Part shown: piece after piece, positions 35,027 through 46,333 of the stretch
Layout: each line of letters starts with the position of its first letter
Numbering within the stretch: position 1 is the stretch's first letter
Assembly (NCBI RefSeq): GCF_002863225.1
Contig: NZ_PKEK01000010.1
Location: 188-64,187, forward strand
Reading direction: 5' to 3'
DNA from: Mycobacterium sp.
GTDB lineage: Bacteria; Actinomycetota; Actinomycetes; Mycobacteriales; Mycobacteriaceae
Length of the DNA: 64,000 nt
Translations under genes and position numbers: made by a program
Notes under the pieces: model-generated
The model's input: only the letters and a program-made list of their open reading frames with translations
Databases searched by the model: none
What the model was told of the DNA's origin: nothing

Positions 35027-36171
35027 GCGTCCGCTTGGAGTACACCGCCGAGCATCGGCAGTTCCGTGCCATGGTGCACGATTTCGTGCAGCAGACCGTG
35101 CTGCCCGCCCACGAAGAGTGGGAGAAGGCCGGTCGCGTGGACCGGTCGTTGTTCACCGAGGCCGGCAAATTGGGGCTGCTGGCCTTCACGGTTCCCGAGG
35201 AGTTCGGCGGCCCCGGCGTCGAAGACTTTCGCTACAACGCGATCGTCGTCGACGAACTCCAGCGGGCGGGTGCGGCCGCGGAGGCCATCGCGCTCTCGCT
35301 GCAGAACGACATCGTGCTGCCCTATCTGACCGACCTGACCACGACCGAGCAGAAGCAGCGCTGGCTGCCGGGCGTCGTCACCGGGGAGACGGTGATCGGG
35401 ATCGCGATGACCGAGCCGGGCGCCGGAAGCGACCTGGCCGGTATGCGCACCACCGCGGTGCGCGACGGCGACGGCTACGTGCTCAACGGCGCGAAAACCT
35501 TTATCTCCAACGGACAGACCGGCGACCTCTTCGTTGTCGCGGCACGCACCGGGACCGACCGGCACAAAGGTCTGTCACTGTTCGTCGTCGACCCGAACAC
35601 GCCCGGATTCAGCCGGGGCAGGAATTTGGAGAAGATCGGTCTGCACGCTCAGGACACCAGCGAGCTCAGCTTCACCGACATGCGGGTGTCGGCGGACAAT
35701 CTGCTCGGCGAGGAGGGCCGGGGCTTCTACCAACTGATGAACAACCTGCCACAGGAACGCCTGTCGCTGGCCGTCGGTGCGGTGGCCGCAGCCGAGGGCG
35801 TGCTGGCCGAGACACTGGAGTATGTCAAGCAGCGCAAAGCTTTTGGCTCGCCGATCGCAAGTCTGCAGAACACCCAATTTGTGTTGGCCGAGCTGTCCAC
35901 TGAAATCGACGTCGCCCGTACCTATCTCGACGATTGCATCGCCGAGCACCTGACCGGTGAGCTGACCGCCGCGCGGGCGGCGAAACTGAAGTGGTGGACC
36001 ACCGAACTCCAGGTCCGGACCGCCGACCGCTGCCTGCAACTGCACGGCGGCTACGGCTATATGCGGGAGTATCCGGTATCGCGCGCGTTCGTCGATGCCC
36101 GCATCCAGACCATTTACGGCGGAACCACCGAGATCATGAAGACTATCGTCGCCAAGGATCTCGGAATCTGA
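35023..36171 (+). CDS. Acyl-CoA dehydrogenase (LCAD-like)
   Basis: IAMTEPGAGSDL, KTFISNG, QLHGGYGY and IYGGTTE. Confidence 0.93.
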   Translation: MSVRLEYTAEHRQFRAMVHDFVQQTVLPAHEEWEKAGRVDRSLFTEAGKLGLLAFTVPEEFGGPGVEDFRYNAIVVDELQRAGAAAEAIALSLQNDIVLPYLTDLTTTEQKQRWLPGVVTGETVIGIAMTEPGAGSDLAGMRTTAVRDGDGYVLNGAKTFISNGQTGDLFVVAARTGTDRHKGLSLFVVDPNTPGFSRGRNLEKIGLHAQDTSELSFTDMRVSADNLLGEEGRGFYQLMNNLPQERLSLAVGAVAAAEGVLAETLEYVKQRKAFGSPIASLQNTQFVLAELSTEIDVARTYLDDCIAEHLTGELTAARAAKLKWWTTELQVRTADRCLQLHGGYGYMREYPVSRAFVDARIQTIYGGTTEIMKTIVAKDLGI

Positions 36172-36177
36172 AGCGAA

Positions 36178-36456
36178 TCAGGCGCTTTCGCGGGAGATCA
36201 TCGACATACCGTTGACACCCGGCACCACCGGGACTTCGAGAGGGGAAGGCAGCCGCTCGGCGGCGCCGACCAGGATCAGCGATGCCGCCGTGTTCGGGTC
36301 CACCTGCCATTGCGAGCCGCCGGCGAATTTGACCAGCTTGTCGCGACTTTCGACGTCGGTGGCGAACATGATCCAAACGGGTTCTGAACTGTTATCCATG
36401 ATGGTTGCCTCTGCGGGTTTGATGGACGGGACGTGGGTCTGGGGAGCGGCGGACAA
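36178..36456 (-). CDS. Small hypothetical protein
   Basis: Begins 4 bp after the stop of the upstream minus-strand gene; no recognisable motif. Confidence 0.35.
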   Translation of the reverse strand: MSAAPQTHVPSIKPAEATIMDNSSEPVWIMFATDVESRDKLVKFAGGSQWQVDPNTAASLILVGAAERLPSPLEVPVVPGVNGMSMISRESA

Positions 36457-36459
36457 TCG

Positions 36460-37251
36460 CTAAGCCATCTCGAACGCCTGCGCCAGGACAAGTTGTTCTG
36501 GGGTGGACGGAATCAAGGTCGAGATGTCGGTGACGATTGGCCCGCGGCGGAATTGCTCATGGAGCAAATCCTTTGTCTCACTGACGATTTTGGCCAACTG
36601 ACCGGGCTGCGCGTGGCTGACGAAGTCTCGCCGGTTCCACCACATCATCTTGGTTCGGTAGTGCTCACTGGGATAGGGCGTCGCCGGGACGGGCGCGACT
36701 ACCGAGCCGGACGAACGCCAGCTGTTCAAGACCGGAGTGGCGGCCGTGCACATCGTGTACTGGAAATCCAGGATGACCATCATGTAGAAGCAACTGCGGG
36801 CCAGGGCCGTGGTGAGAAATGGATTCCGGTCGGCGGCATCGGTCACCCAGCCGCTCTTCATTTCCAAAACCCCGTAGGGCACCCGCTCGGCGATCATCGA
36901 TCGCACGTCCTGCTGGCCGGGCTGGCCGGCCCACTCCTCGACCGCATGAGAGTCATCGGCGCAGCGCAGCGCGATCGCGCGGTAGCCGCCGACGACATGA
37001 CCGGCGTCGTCGACCACGGCAGCGAACATGATCGTGTCGTCGCCGCTGCGCAGCGCTTCGAGGTCGAGTGCAGACTCGACACCGCGCTTGCTGTAACTGC
37101 GAACTGCGCCTGCGGCGTATTCGGTCCACAGATCGCGGTCGATCGACGGCTGCGACACGACGAGAGTGCCTTCGATGTCAGAATCGGGCCAGCTGAAATT
37201 CCGACCGAGGGAGAAACGTCCGACGACGCTGCCCGCAGACATTGACCTCAT
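36460..37251 (-). CDS. Rv1356c-like protein (putative GNAT/acyl-synthase fold)
   Basis: LVVSQP..D..LW..Y..GA.RSYSK.GVE, DDSHAVEEWAG.PG, E.KSGWV and YP.E.YRTKM.WW.RR match the Rv1356c sequence as I recall it. Confidence 0.7.
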   Translation of the reverse strand: MRSMSAGSVVGRFSLGRNFSWPDSDIEGTLVVSQPSIDRDLWTEYAAGAVRSYSKRGVESALDLEALRSGDDTIMFAAVVDDAGHVVGGYRAIALRCADDSHAVEEWAGQPGQQDVRSMIAERVPYGVLEMKSGWVTDAADRNPFLTTALARSCFYMMVILDFQYTMCTAATPVLNSWRSSGSVVAPVPATPYPSEHYRTKMMWWNRRDFVSHAQPGQLAKIVSETKDLLHEQFRRGPIVTDISTLIPSTPEQLVLAQAFEMA

Positions 37252-37322
37252 CGATCCTCTTTCCGGTAGCCAGCAGACCGTATTTCGGTTGATTCGGCCT
37301 GTTTCATTCTCTTGGTATCGTT

Positions 37323-37348
37323 TACCGTCTTATGAATATCAGACGGTA
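37323..37348. promoter_or_regulatory. Perfect inverted repeat, candidate operator
   Basis: TACCGTCT-N10-AGACGGTA in an AT-rich divergent intergenic region; GACGGTAT recurs at about 37386. Confidence 0.45.
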
Positions 37349-37569
37349 TCCATATGATGCAATAGTTGGGTCGTCCGACTTATCGGACGGTATTCAGCCT
37401 GCTACGCGGTATGTAGTTTTGGACGTCCCCATGCCGCCACGCGTTCCCTACCGGCCGCCAACCAGCGAAGACAGGGACGCCTCACGACCGGTCTCCGGGA
37501 CTATCCGGCACTCCGACAGGCTTGATCGCACGGTTCCGCAGCAGACTTGACACCTGTAAAGTTCGTCGA

Positions 37570-38427
37570 ATGGACAACATCAGGGGCAAGACCGTCGTCA
37601 TCACCGGCGCCGCGCGTGGTATCGGCTACGCCACCGCACAGGCACTGCTGGCCCGCGGTGCCCGGGTCGTCATCGGCGACCGGGACATCGACGTTCTCGA
37701 GAGCGCGGTCGCAGGAATCAGCAGCCTGGGCCAGGTGAGCGGCCATCCCCTCGATGTCACCGACAAGGAGTCGTTCGCCGCGTTCCTCGACAAGGCCCGC
37801 GCCGACGGCGGCGGCCACATCGATGTCCTGATCAACAATGCCGGCGTAATGCCGGTCGGACCGTTTCTCGAACAGTCGGCACAGGCAATCCGGTCGTCGA
37901 TCGAGGTGAACCTCTATGGCGTGCTCACCGGCTGCCAACTAGTGCTACCCGACATGGTGAAGCGGCGCAGCGGTCACATCATCAACATCGCGTCGCTGGC
38001 CGGCATGGTGGCGGTACCTGGTCAAGTGGTCTACGCCGCAACGAAATTCGGCGTGGTCGGTCTGTCGACCGCGATGGCTGACGAGTTCGCGCCACAGGGC
38101 GTCACCATCACCGCGGTGCTTCCCACATTCACCAACACCGAGCTGATCGCGGGCACGTCGCCGTCATCCGCGCAGAAGCCGGTCGAGCCGTCCGAGATCG
38201 CCGCCGCCATCGTCAAGGTCCTCGACAAGCCGAAATCCCGTGTGTCGGTGCCCAGTTGGGGTAAGTCCTTCGCCGCCGTGGCAACGTTGATGCCCGACCG
38301 GGGCCGACGTTGGCTCAACAAGAAAATGGGCAACGACACGGTGTTCCTCAAATTCGACACCAGCGCCCGCCGAAGCTACGAAGACCGCGCGCAGCATGCG
38401 ACGGGCGTCGTCGAACACCACGAGTGA
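37570..38427 (+). CDS. SDR family oxidoreductase
   Basis: ITGAARGIG, INNAG and YAATK. Confidence 0.93.
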   Translation: MDNIRGKTVVITGAARGIGYATAQALLARGARVVIGDRDIDVLESAVAGISSLGQVSGHPLDVTDKESFAAFLDKARADGGGHIDVLINNAGVMPVGPFLEQSAQAIRSSIEVNLYGVLTGCQLVLPDMVKRRSGHIINIASLAGMVAVPGQVVYAATKFGVVGLSTAMADEFAPQGVTITAVLPTFTNTELIAGTSPSSAQKPVEPSEIAAAIVKVLDKPKSRVSVPSWGKSFAAVATLMPDRGRRWLNKKMGNDTVFLKFDTSARRSYEDRAQHATGVVEHHE

Positions 38428-38457
38428 TCACTCCGACACCGCCACGGCGTCAAGGCA

Positions 38458-39612
38458 TCAGCCGAACGTGGCGGCGCCCAGGCTTCTGATGGTCTGAGAT
38501 TCAATGTTCTGGAACGCAGTCCCGTCCGGACGCAGCAGATCGTGGAACCACACCTTCGGTACCGCCGAGTACGGATGCTTCCACGAATCCCACGGAAAGT
38601 AGGTCTGCGTCTTACCGGCCACCAGGCCCCAGTTGATCGCGCCGACGTTGTGCCGCTTGGCAATAGGCAAGATCGATTCGATCGTGCTGCCCTGTGATCG
38701 GGCCATGTATTCGGTACACAGAATCGGGCGGCCATGCGGGGTCAGCTCACCGATGCGTGACTCGAACGCCGACGGCCCGGCGTAGGAGTGGAAGCTGATC
38801 ACGTCGGAATTGGCCAACTGGATGTTCTGAATTGTGGTGCGGCTGTTGGCATCTGCCCACTCGCCGTCCCATACACCGCTGGTCAGGGGCTGACGTGCGT
38901 CCACAGAGCGCGCCCACGTGAACACCTGGGGAAGCAGCTCGGCCACCCGGTCCAGCTTGTCACCACGCTCGACGCTGGCATACTGCGGCGCGGGATTGTC
39001 GGGTTCGTTCCACACATCCCAGCCCAAAACCCGGTCGTCGTTGCGGAACTGGCCCATCACGCCCGTGACGTAGTCCTGCAGGGTGCGGGTGTAGCTCTTG
39101 TCGTCGATGCGGTCGGCACCTGGACCCTGAACCCAACCCGAGTTGTGCACCCCGGGAGTCGGGGCATGCTGACGACCCACTTGAGGGTGTGGATCCCAGC
39201 AGGAATCGAACAACACGAACAGCGGCTTGATCCGATGCCGGGCCGCGATCCCGACGAACTGCGCCAGACGGGTCTGAAAGCCGCGGGCATCCTGAGCAAA
39301 GAGCTGATCGTGCAAGAAAACCCGCACTGTGTTGAGTCCATGCAAACGGGCCCAACCGAGTTCGGTGTCGATGCGGCGCGGGTCGTAGGTGCCCGGCTGA
39401 AACATCTCGAGCTGGTTGATCGCGGTGGAGGTGATGAAGTTCGCGCCGACCGGCCAACCCTGGGCCTGGTACCAGCGGTTGGCTCGATCAGAGGACCATC
39501 GACTCGACTCGGCCGACGCGCGTGGCGGCTCAGCAGAGACGCGTGGCACTTGAGCTAGAGCCGTGCCCGCTGCCAGCAGCAGCGGCAGCTTCAGCACGGT
39601 TCGGCGATACAC
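38458..39612 (-). CDS. Tat-exported GH5-like glycoside hydrolase (Rv3096-like)
   Basis: MYRRTVLK twin-Arg signal, WDVWNEP (acid/base) and LCTEYMAR (nucleophile). Confidence 0.85.
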   Translation of the reverse strand: MYRRTVLKLPLLLAAGTALAQVPRVSAEPPRASAESSRWSSDRANRWYQAQGWPVGANFITSTAINQLEMFQPGTYDPRRIDTELGWARLHGLNTVRVFLHDQLFAQDARGFQTRLAQFVGIAARHRIKPLFVLFDSCWDPHPQVGRQHAPTPGVHNSGWVQGPGADRIDDKSYTRTLQDYVTGVMGQFRNDDRVLGWDVWNEPDNPAPQYASVERGDKLDRVAELLPQVFTWARSVDARQPLTSGVWDGEWADANSRTTIQNIQLANSDVISFHSYAGPSAFESRIGELTPHGRPILCTEYMARSQGSTIESILPIAKRHNVGAINWGLVAGKTQTYFPWDSWKHPYSAVPKVWFHDLLRPDGTAFQNIESQTIRSLGAATFG

Positions 39613-39733
39613 AAAACGACGATAAGTTGCCCAGCGCGCGGTTCCCGGTATTCAACGAGCGCGTCGCGCCAGTTGTTATCTCGCTGTCACCAAGTGGGTC
39701 TGTCGAACCGGGCCCGCGCGACCGCGGCAGGGC

Positions 39734-40966
39734 CTAGCCCAGTGCCCGGTCGATGTCGGCGAGCAGGTCGTCGGTTCCCTCGAGCCCGACCGAGATGCGC
39801 ACCACCCCGTCGCCCAGACCGATGGCGGCCCGGCCCTCCGGCCCCATCGCGCGGTGGGTTGTCGTCGCCGGATGCGTGACAAGGGATTTCGAATCGCCGA
39901 GGTTGTTGGAGATGTTGATCAGCTGGAGACCGTCGATCACCTCGAACGCTCGCTGCTTGGCCGCGCCGTCGGGGGCGTCGAGTTCGAAGGTCACCACGGT
40001 GCCGCCGCCGGACATCTGCCGCTTGGCCAGGTCGTATTGCGGGTGCGACGACAAGAAGGGGTAGCGGACCCACCGCACGGCGGGATGGCCTTCCAGGTAC
40101 TCGGCGATCCGTTGCGCCGACTTGTTCTGATAATCAACCCGAATCGCCAATGTCTCAAGGCCTTTGAGCATCACCCAGGCGTTGAAGGCACTCATCGCCG
40201 GGCCGGTGTGGCGCATCAGTTTCTGCACCGGACCGTCGATGTATTCCTTGTCGCCGAGGATGGCGCCGCCGAGCACCCGCCCCTGGCCGTCGATGTGCTT
40301 GGTGCCGGAGTAAACCACGACATCGACGCCGAGCGGAAAACCCTGCTGCAGCAGCGGGGTGGCAAAAACATTGTCCAACACGACCTTTGCCCCGGCAGCG
40401 TGGGCGAGCTCGCTGACCGCGGCGATGTCGACCAGCGACTGCATCGGGTTGGACGGCGTCTCGAAGAACACCGCCTGAGTCGGCACCGAGAGCGCCTGCT
40501 CCCACTGCGTCAGGTCGTCACCGTCGACGAGCACGGTCTCGACACCCCAGCGCGGCAGGATCTCGGTGCACACCACGAAACAGGAGCCGAACAGGCTGCG
40601 CGAGGCCACCAGTCGATCGCCGGCGCCGAGCAGGGCGCCCAGCGACGTGAACACCGCGGCCATTCCGCTGGCGGTGGCGAATGCCGCGGGCGCGCCTTCG
40701 ATGAGACGCAACCGCTCCTCGAACATGCTGATCGTCGGGTTGCCGTAACGCGAATAGACGTAGCGGTCCACCTCACCGGTGAAAGCCTTCTCCGCCTCGG
40801 CCGAGGAGCCGTAGACATAGCCGGACGCCAGGAACATGGCTTCGGAGGTCTCTTCGAACTGCGACCTCAGGATTCCGCCGCGCACCCCGATCGTGGCCTG
40901 GCTGACCCCCTCGGGCAGTGGCTCCGGTATCCGGACCGAGGGCACTTCCGGCTGAGCAGGGCTCAT
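39734..40966 (-). CDS. metZ: O-succinylhomoserine sulfhydrylase
   Basis: YSRYGNPT, FETPSNP, YSGTKHIDGQGR and VRISVGLE. Confidence 0.95.
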   Translation of the reverse strand: MSPAQPEVPSVRIPEPLPEGVSQATIGVRGGILRSQFEETSEAMFLASGYVYGSSAEAEKAFTGEVDRYVYSRYGNPTISMFEERLRLIEGAPAAFATASGMAAVFTSLGALLGAGDRLVASRSLFGSCFVVCTEILPRWGVETVLVDGDDLTQWEQALSVPTQAVFFETPSNPMQSLVDIAAVSELAHAAGAKVVLDNVFATPLLQQGFPLGVDVVVYSGTKHIDGQGRVLGGAILGDKEYIDGPVQKLMRHTGPAMSAFNAWVMLKGLETLAIRVDYQNKSAQRIAEYLEGHPAVRWVRYPFLSSHPQYDLAKRQMSGGGTVVTFELDAPDGAAKQRAFEVIDGLQLINISNNLGDSKSLVTHPATTTHRAMGPEGRAAIGLGDGVVRISVGLEGTDDLLADIDRALG

Positions 40967-41376
40967 GTCTGCTTCCAGGGCAGACCGACTGCGCGCCAAC
41001 CGCTTCCGCCGCGGTGGTTGTCGCCGTCGAGCTGTCCTTCGAAGCCGTCGAGCACGTTGTAGGACGGCGCGACACCGGCCTCGGTGGCAGCCTCGGCCGC
41101 CCCGATCGAACGATTGCCGGAGCGACAGAGGAACACCACCGGACGGTCGTCGCGAGCCGGAACACGCTCGAGCAGCTCAGCGACAAAATTGTCGTTGTGC
41201 TTGCCGTCAGAGGTGTTCCATTCGATGTAGACCACATCGCGACCCAGTCCGGCCAGGTCGGGGACGCCGACGAACCGCCATTCGGCATCGGTGCGGACGT
41301 CGACCAGCACGGCCTCGGGGTTCTCGCTGAGCAGCCCCCAGGCCTGCTCGGGGCTGATGTCTCCTGCGTAGCTCAC
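40963..41376 (-). CDS. Rhodanese-like protein (Rv0390)
   Basis: LVDVRT.AEW, FLCRSGNRS and GW...GLPW. Confidence 0.92.
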   Translation of the reverse strand: MSYAGDISPEQAWGLLSENPEAVLVDVRTDAEWRFVGVPDLAGLGRDVVYIEWNTSDGKHNDNFVAELLERVPARDDRPVVFLCRSGNRSIGAAEAATEAGVAPSYNVLDGFEGQLDGDNHRGGSGWRAVGLPWKQT

Positions 41377-41426
41377 CCGCGTGAGTCTCGCATATTCGGC
41401 TGGGAGAGCCGTGGCGGGCCGAGGGG

Positions 41427-42656
41427 TCACCAGAGCTTGCGCAGCGCAGCCGACGCATCCCGGACACGGCCGCGCGCGGTGGCCACGTCGGCGGCGGTGA
41501 CCACGGCCGCGCCCAGCGGACGCCGCGCTTCAGACTCATCGCGAGTGAATACCCGGATGTCGCTTTCGGTGGTGCGCAGCGCCTCACCCAGCGCGCTGCC
41601 GCGCCCCGGTCGTTGCACCGAGCCGCCAGTGCCGGCGTAGATGACTTCGGCGGCGCCCGGCGAAATCATGATGGTGTCGATGGGCAGTCCCAGGATGGCC
41701 CGCGCCTGCATCTCGAATTCCGACAGCCGTTGGGTGCGGACAGTGACCAGTCCGCTCTCGAACGGCCGGGCGGTGACATCGCTGAAGTACACCTCGTCGC
41801 CGCGGACCATGAGCTCGACGCCGAACAGGCCGCGTCCACCGAGCGCTTTGACCACGCGGGCCGCGATGGATTTGGCGGCGTCCAGCGCAGCTGGGCTGAG
41901 ATCCTGCGGCTGCCAGGATTCCTGTACATCGCCGATGGATTCGCCATGCCCGATCGGTGCGCAGAAGTCCAGCGTCGGCCCTGCCGATCCCTCGCTGCGG
42001 ACCGTGAGCAGCGTGACGTGGAAGTCGATCTCGACCAGCGTTTCGGCCAGCACCCGGCTGTGGGCCAGCCGCCCGCCGGCGGACACCGCCCGCTGCCAGG
42101 CCGGCTCCAGATCGTCCGGCAGCAACACCACCGATTGCCCTTCGCCGCCGACGGCAGCCACCGGCTGCACACGCAGCGGGTAGCCGGCATGGTCGGCGAT
42201 GGCACGCAACTCGTCGAGCGATCCGGCGAACCAGAACGGCGCGGTGGGCAGGCCGAGCTCGTCGGCGGCCAGCCGGCGCATGCCTTCCCGGTCGGCGGTG
42301 AGCCGCGCGCAGCGGGCGGTCGGGACGAACTCCGCGGCGCCGCTGTCCGCCGCGGCGGTCAGTGCGTCGGACGCCACCGCATCGGATGCCGTCACCACGA
42401 AATGCGGGCGCAGCCGCTGGATCGCGGCACCCAGCTCGTCGGCATCGGCCATGTCGACCACCAGCGCCTGGTCGGCAACGCCGTGCGCGGGCGCGTCGGC
42501 ATAGCGCTCGACGGCGATCACGTGGGCGCCGAGCCGCTGCAGGGCGACGGCCAGCTCGCGACTGAACTCTCCGGAACCCAGCAACATGACCGTCGTTCGG
42601 TCGGCATCACTCGGCTGCGGGGTCGGTTCGTTCTGCGGCGTGGTCACGGTGCTCAA
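41427..42656 (-). CDS. purT: Formate-dependent phosphoribosylglycinamide formyltransferase
   Basis: VMLLGSGE, APAH.VA, LAADELGLPT and RLSEFE..ARAILGLP. Confidence 0.9.
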   Translation of the reverse strand: MSTVTTPQNEPTPQPSDADRTTVMLLGSGEFSRELAVALQRLGAHVIAVERYADAPAHGVADQALVVDMADADELGAAIQRLRPHFVVTASDAVASDALTAAADSGAAEFVPTARCARLTADREGMRRLAADELGLPTAPFWFAGSLDELRAIADHAGYPLRVQPVAAVGGEGQSVVLLPDDLEPAWQRAVSAGGRLAHSRVLAETLVEIDFHVTLLTVRSEGSAGPTLDFCAPIGHGESIGDVQESWQPQDLSPAALDAAKSIAARVVKALGGRGLFGVELMVRGDEVYFSDVTARPFESGLVTVRTQRLSEFEMQARAILGLPIDTIMISPGAAEVIYAGTGGSVQRPGRGSALGEALRTTESDIRVFTRDESEARRPLGAAVVTAADVATARGRVRDASAALRKLW

Positions 42657-42670
42657 GGATAGGTGGGGCG

Positions 42671-44634
<1,964 letters not shown>

Positions 44635-44746
44635 TTATTGTGGTCCAGCCGGTGACCCATACTATCTCAGCCGTTTGCGGTGAAGCTTCTGAATGCCAAG
44701 CCTGGTGACGATCCAGGCCGAATCGGCCTGAGGAGGAGGCGGGCTC

Positions 44747-45370
44747 GTGAACTCAGATGTGGTGGTTTTGACCTTCGCTTCCGGCGTGCCACGCGCGCTG
44801 CGGGGGCTGACGGTCACCGTCCCCGATGACACTGACACCGCCCTGGCCGCCGCCCGCCGCGTGGTGGTGGTCGGCGGTGATGCCGACCTGGCGTCGGTGC
44901 TGACCCGGCTGATGCGCGCCGAGCTGCTGGGCGTCGAGGTGGCCTACGTGCCGCGGCGTCGCACACCCGCAACCCGGGCCTATCGCCTGCCGTCCGGGCG
45001 CCGGGCGGCGCGCCGGGCGTTGGGTGGATCGGTCCACCGGGTGCCGCTGATCCGCGACGAGACCGGATCGGTGATCGCCGGGCGTGCCGTCTGGCGACCG
45101 ACCGACGATGAGCCGCTGCTGCATGGCGAGGCCGTCGTCGACGACGCGGTGCTCTTCGACGGCGAGGTCCGCGGGGTGACGGTCGAGCCGACGGCGGCGC
45201 TGCCCGGGTTGCGGGCGCGGGTGTCGGGAACCCGTCGCTGGCTGGTCGGGCGCGCGGCGCAGCTCGGTGGCCCCGGGGTGATGGTGGTCCGCGACGGAGT
45301 GCCCGGGTCGCGGGCGGCGCGCCGCTCGACGATCTACCGGAACACGGAGGGCTGGCTAGCCGTCCGGTGA
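44747..45370 (+). CDS. Conserved hypothetical protein (Rv0358-like)
   Basis: VPLIRDETG, HGEAVVDD and RRST.YRN.EGWL.VR; sits between purA and rip2. Confidence 0.85.
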   Translation: MNSDVVVLTFASGVPRALRGLTVTVPDDTDTALAAARRVVVVGGDADLASVLTRLMRAELLGVEVAYVPRRRTPATRAYRLPSGRRAARRALGGSVHRVPLIRDETGSVIAGRAVWRPTDDEPLLHGEAVVDDAVLFDGEVRGVTVEPTAALPGLRARVSGTRRWLVGRAAQLGGPGVMVVRDGVPGSRAARRSTIYRNTEGWLAVR

Positions 45371-45513
45371 CGAGTGCCGCCAGGCGTGAGGAGCCGGCGC
45401 ATTGGCACCGTCCGGTGACAAGCGCCGCCAGGCGTGAGGAGCCGGCGCATTGGCACCGTCCGGTGACCAGCACCGCAAGGCGTGAGGAGCCGGCACTCTG
45501 GCACCGTCCGGTA
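45360..45513 (+). repeat. MIRU-like intercistronic tandem repeat, 3 x 48 bp plus a partial unit
   Basis: Unit ccgtccggtgacgagtgccgccaggcgtgaggagccggcgcattggca at 45360, 45408 and 45456. Confidence 0.9.
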
Positions 45514-45523
45514 GCTTCGTCGA

Positions 45524-46297
45524 GTGAGCGCCCGTGACTTGCACCAGTCGGTGCGGCCCAGCCCGATCTTCCTGGCCATCGTCGGCGTAACGATTCTCGG
45601 CGGCGGACTGGCCTACTGGGTGGGCGACGATGTGGGGCCGCTGGCCTACGCCTCGGTTTTCATTCTCGTGATCGCCGGTTGGGTGGTGTCGCTGTGCCTG
45701 CACGAGTTCGGACACGCCTTCACCGCTTGGCGATGCGGCGACCGCGACATCGCGCTGCGCGGCTACCTCGACCTGGATCCGCGGCGCTACGTCAGCCCGG
45801 TGTGGTCGATCCTGGTGCCGATCGCGATCACCGCGATCGGCGGGATCGGTCTGCCGGGGGCCGCGGTGTACGTGCGGATGTCATACCTGTCGGCCAAGCA
45901 GCGCACGCTGGTCAGCCTGGCCGGGCCCGCAGCGAACCTTTTGCTGGCCGTGCTGCTACTCGAGGCGACCAACCTGTTCTTCGACCCACTACATCCGGTG
46001 CTGTGGGCCGGGATCGCGTTCCTGGGGTTCCTGCAGATCACGGCGCTGCTGCTGAACCTGCTGCCGATTCCCGGCCTGGACGGCTACAACGCGCTGGAGC
46101 CCTACCTGAGCCCGGAGACGCAGCGGGCTCTCGCGCAATTCAAGCCGTACGGCTTTCTGCTGCTGTTCCTGTTGCTACTCGCGCCGCCCCTGAACCAGTT
46201 GTTCTTCGGTCTGGTCGACAGCGTCTTCGAACTGTCCGGGGTTCCGAGCTTGTTGTGGCGCGCCGGAGCCGGGTTGACACAGTTCTGGCGGCGCTGA
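45524..46297 (+). CDS. rip2: Site-2 protease (M50), Rv0359/Rip2
   Basis: HEFGH, AGPAAN and NLLPIPGLDG. Confidence 0.9.
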   Translation: MSARDLHQSVRPSPIFLAIVGVTILGGGLAYWVGDDVGPLAYASVFILVIAGWVVSLCLHEFGHAFTAWRCGDRDIALRGYLDLDPRRYVSPVWSILVPIAITAIGGIGLPGAAVYVRMSYLSAKQRTLVSLAGPAANLLLAVLLLEATNLFFDPLHPVLWAGIAFLGFLQITALLLNLLPIPGLDGYNALEPYLSPETQRALAQFKPYGFLLLFLLLLAPPLNQLFFGLVDSVFELSGVPSLLWRAGAGLTQFWRR

Positions 46298-46333
46298 TCT
46301 GACGGGAGTCTGGAACGTGCCCGAGGGAACCCG

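Noticed and set aside
39734-41430. SAM riboswitch upstream of metZ
   Set aside because: Only about 50 bp separate purT from the rhodanese gene, and no riboswitch core is recognisable.
45360-45513. Possible CRISPR array
   Set aside because: Units are head-to-tail with no unique spacers, and no cas genes are nearby.
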